From the NCBI GenBank assembly GCA_963667035.1, contig OY762964.1, positions 576,001 through 640,000 on the forward strand: DNA of 64,000 nt, in the 5' to 3' direction. Below, piece after piece: positions 61,823 through 64,000 of this stretch. A program made the position numbers and the translations under genes. The first letter of the stretch is position 1, and each line of letters starts with the position of its first letter. The notes below the pieces were generated by a model that ran no database searches, was not told where the DNA came from, and saw only the letters and a list, made by a program, of their open reading frames with translations. The DNA comes from Candidatus Cloacimonadales bacterium (lineage in GTDB: Bacteria; Cloacimonadota; Cloacimonadia; Cloacimonadales; JAFGVF01).

Positions 61823-62098
61823 AATTCCTCCAGATAATCATCTTTGCGTGTTTCATATATGTAATAATAGAATCTGTCAAGCTTTGTTCCTCTTCACAAA
61901 GTATAAACTAATGTTAGTTTCAAACAATGTCTCTATCATCCTTTAAATGTGGTGAGAAATAGAAGCATAAAACTAATCAAATGGTATCTCAAAAGATGAA
62001 TATGTATGGGAGAAATAATTTGAGTAAAAAATAAAACTTGCTTGAAAGTAAAGAATGATGTGAATTGGTAAACATATAATCAACTAATGGAGAAAACT

Positions 62099-64000
62099 AT
62101 GAAAAGGGTAACTGTAATATTAATTCTATCACTATTTTTATTTATGCTTAAGGCTAATGTACTGTTTTATGATAACTTTGACAGGGCAGACGGGGATGTC
62201 GGTAATGGTTGGCAATTTAGTATTCCACCAGAAATGCTTAATTCGACAATAGTAAATGGAATTTATCAAATGGACATACCTGCTACTGGTACTACATATC
62301 ACTATTTTAATGAACAAACTCATGGTGTAGTATATGTTGAGTACGAGTGGAAAGTATTATTAAACAATTGGCATAGTTGCGTATTTCCTGTAGATAATTC
62401 TGTGTTTATAAGATGTGACTGGAATGGTAATCTGATTTATAGCATGACAAGTGATTTTACATCTATTGTATACATAACCCAAATCAACTTCGAACAATGG
62501 TATAATGTGAAATTTGCTTTTGATATTGATAATAATACTTTCTCATTTTGGCTTGATGGACTTTTATTGATTAATGGTGTATCATCAAATGTAATCTCAT
62601 CTATAAATTCATTCAATTTTTTAAACAGAAATTCATTAGAAAGTATCCAACAAATAGATGAGTTCATAGTATATAACGATTCACCTCCCCCTATGCCGAC
62701 TAATTTATATGTCGTTGAATCAGTTAATAGTATAGTATTAAATTGGGATGCTGTTCCTGAACCTTTATTTGTAACCTATAAAATATATAGGGATATAGCA
62801 TCCAATCCAACCATAGAAATAGCTGAAGTCGGACCGGATGTAACAACTTATAGTGATATGGTTAGATCTGCTGTGAATACTGATTATTACTATAGAATTA
62901 AAGCTGTTGGTAGAGGTGGGGAAGAAAGTGATTACTCAGAACAAGTAGAGTTAGTTCACTTACAACCGGAATTAAGAATCACAGGAGATCCTGTGAACAT
63001 AGATGTTGGTTATGGTTATGAAGGGACTGGGTCTTTTACTATCCATAATGATGGGAATTATGATTTGCATTATTCTATAGACTCTTCAACAAGTTCAAAT
63101 ACTACTTTAAATGATGATCTTGTAGCTTATTATCCATTGGATGGCAACGCTAATGATGTGAGCGGAAATGCTTATCATGGTGCTAATTATGGTGCTCTCC
63201 CATCAACCGATAGGTTTGGATTAAGCAATATGGCTTCAGCTTATAATGGAGATGGAAGTGACACGATTCTAGGAGATATTTTAGATAGCACTTTTGTCTC
63301 AGGGTCTTTCTCAATATCTTGTTGGATTTACTTAAACAGTTACACAGGTATTGATGGAAATCCAGGTTTTATTATAAGTAAATGGAACTCTTACGGATTC
63401 GGTAATAATAGTTTCATACTATATGCAGATGGGAGATTCTCGTCAAATACAAGAACTAGTAGGGCTATATATCCAACTTTAAATGAATGGCATAGCATAA
63501 TTGTTATAGTAGATAATTTTACTGCTAAAATATTTTTAGATGGTGAATTAGTTGATACTACACTAAATAATGATTTTGATGATTCATCAATGAATCTTAT
63601 TATTGGAGGTTTTAATACAGATAGTTACTCTTTAAATGGTAATGTTGATGAAGTTTTGTTTTACGATAGATCTATTTCTCAAAATGAAACAGAACTACTG
63701 TTTAACAAATATGAACCATATACTTTTGTCAAAACTGGTACAGTACAGTGTGGCACTAATGAAACTGTAAACATTAATTTTGGAACAGCCAATATTAATT
63801 ATGGATTATATACTGAATCTTTAATCATCATTACTAATGACTCAAATCATAGAATAACTCCCATGACGTTAAATGCTAATGTAATACCCCCGCAAATAGA
63901 TACTATTCCTTCAGAAATATCACTAAATTTCAATGTTGAAAACAATATGCGTACTCATAATTTTGAAGTAGTCAATAATGGACTAGGCAGACTTGAGTAT
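62099..64000 (+). CDS. Large secreted protein with concanavalin/LamG-like, FN3 and Ig-like domains (runs off the window end)
   Basis: Not in the ORF track. Manual translation from ATG 62099 (GGAG RBS): MKRVTVILILSLFLFMLKA..., FN3 (PTNL...LNWD...YKIYR...YYYRIKAV), LamG (LVAYYPLDGNANDVSGN...DRFG...GNVDEVLFYDR); no stop seen before the window end. Confidence 0.85.
   Translation, partial: MKRVTVILILSLFLFMLKANVLFYDNFDRADGDVGNGWQFSIPPEMLNSTIVNGIYQMDIPATGTTYHYFNEQTHGVVYVEYEWKVLLNNWHSCVFPVDNSVFIRCDWNGNLIYSMTSDFTSIVYITQINFEQWYNVKFAFDIDNNTFSFWLDGLLLINGVSSNVISSINSFNFLNRNSLESIQQIDEFIVYNDSPPPMPTNLYVVESVNSIVLNWDAVPEPLFVTYKIYRDIASNPTIEIAEVGPDVTTYSDMVRSAVNTDYYYRIKAVGRGGEESDYSEQVELVHLQPELRITGDPVNIDVGYGYEGTGSFTIHNDGNYDLHYSIDSSTSSNTTLNDDLVAYYPLDGNANDVSGNAYHGANYGALPSTDRFGLSNMASAYNGDGSDTILGDILDSTFVSGSFSISCWIYLNSYTGIDGNPGFIISKWNSYGFGNNSFILYADGRFSSNTRTSRAIYPTLNEWHSIIVIVDNFTAKIFLDGELVDTTLNNDFDDSSMNLIIGGFNTDSYSLNGNVDEVLFYDRSISQNETELLFNKYEPYTFVKTGTVQCGTNETVNINFGTANINYGLYTESLIIITNDSNHRITPMTLNANVIPPQIDTIPSEISLNFNVENNMRTHNFEVVNNGLGRLEY

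Overview
AT-rich bacterial chromosome segment. The likely source is Candidatus Cloacimonadota or a related FCB-group anaerobe; this is an inference from the 'PNPFNP...SGIYF...KIILLK' C-terminal domains, the outer-membrane efflux genes and the fermentative genes. Most of the window is housekeeping: rpmF-plsX-fabHDG-acpP-fabF-rnc, uvrB, a DEAD-box helicase, MATE, rlmD, aroA, purC, cdd and a cell-wall amidase. Notable items: (1) a cobalamin riboswitch with an SD-sequestering hairpin upstream of a single-chain SucC-SucD fusion, an EamA transporter and a small ORF; (2) an unexplained ~270-290-nt GC-rich, multi-stem non-coding element next to it; (3) an AT-rich module of tyrosine recombinase, P-loop ATPase-TPR protein and an SHMT-like PLP enzyme with a remodelled active site; (4) a TetR-controlled RND efflux operon with a translationally coupled, catalytically degenerate QueD/T-fold gene inside it; (5) two homologous, inverted intergenic elements built from exactly 11-bp-phased CACTG/CAGTG repeats, plus a third 11-bp-period element; (6) arginine synthetase-like arcE with carbamate kinase; (7) a histidine kinase whose H-box His is replaced by Tyr. 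I recognised no rRNA, tRNA, CRISPR array or IS element.
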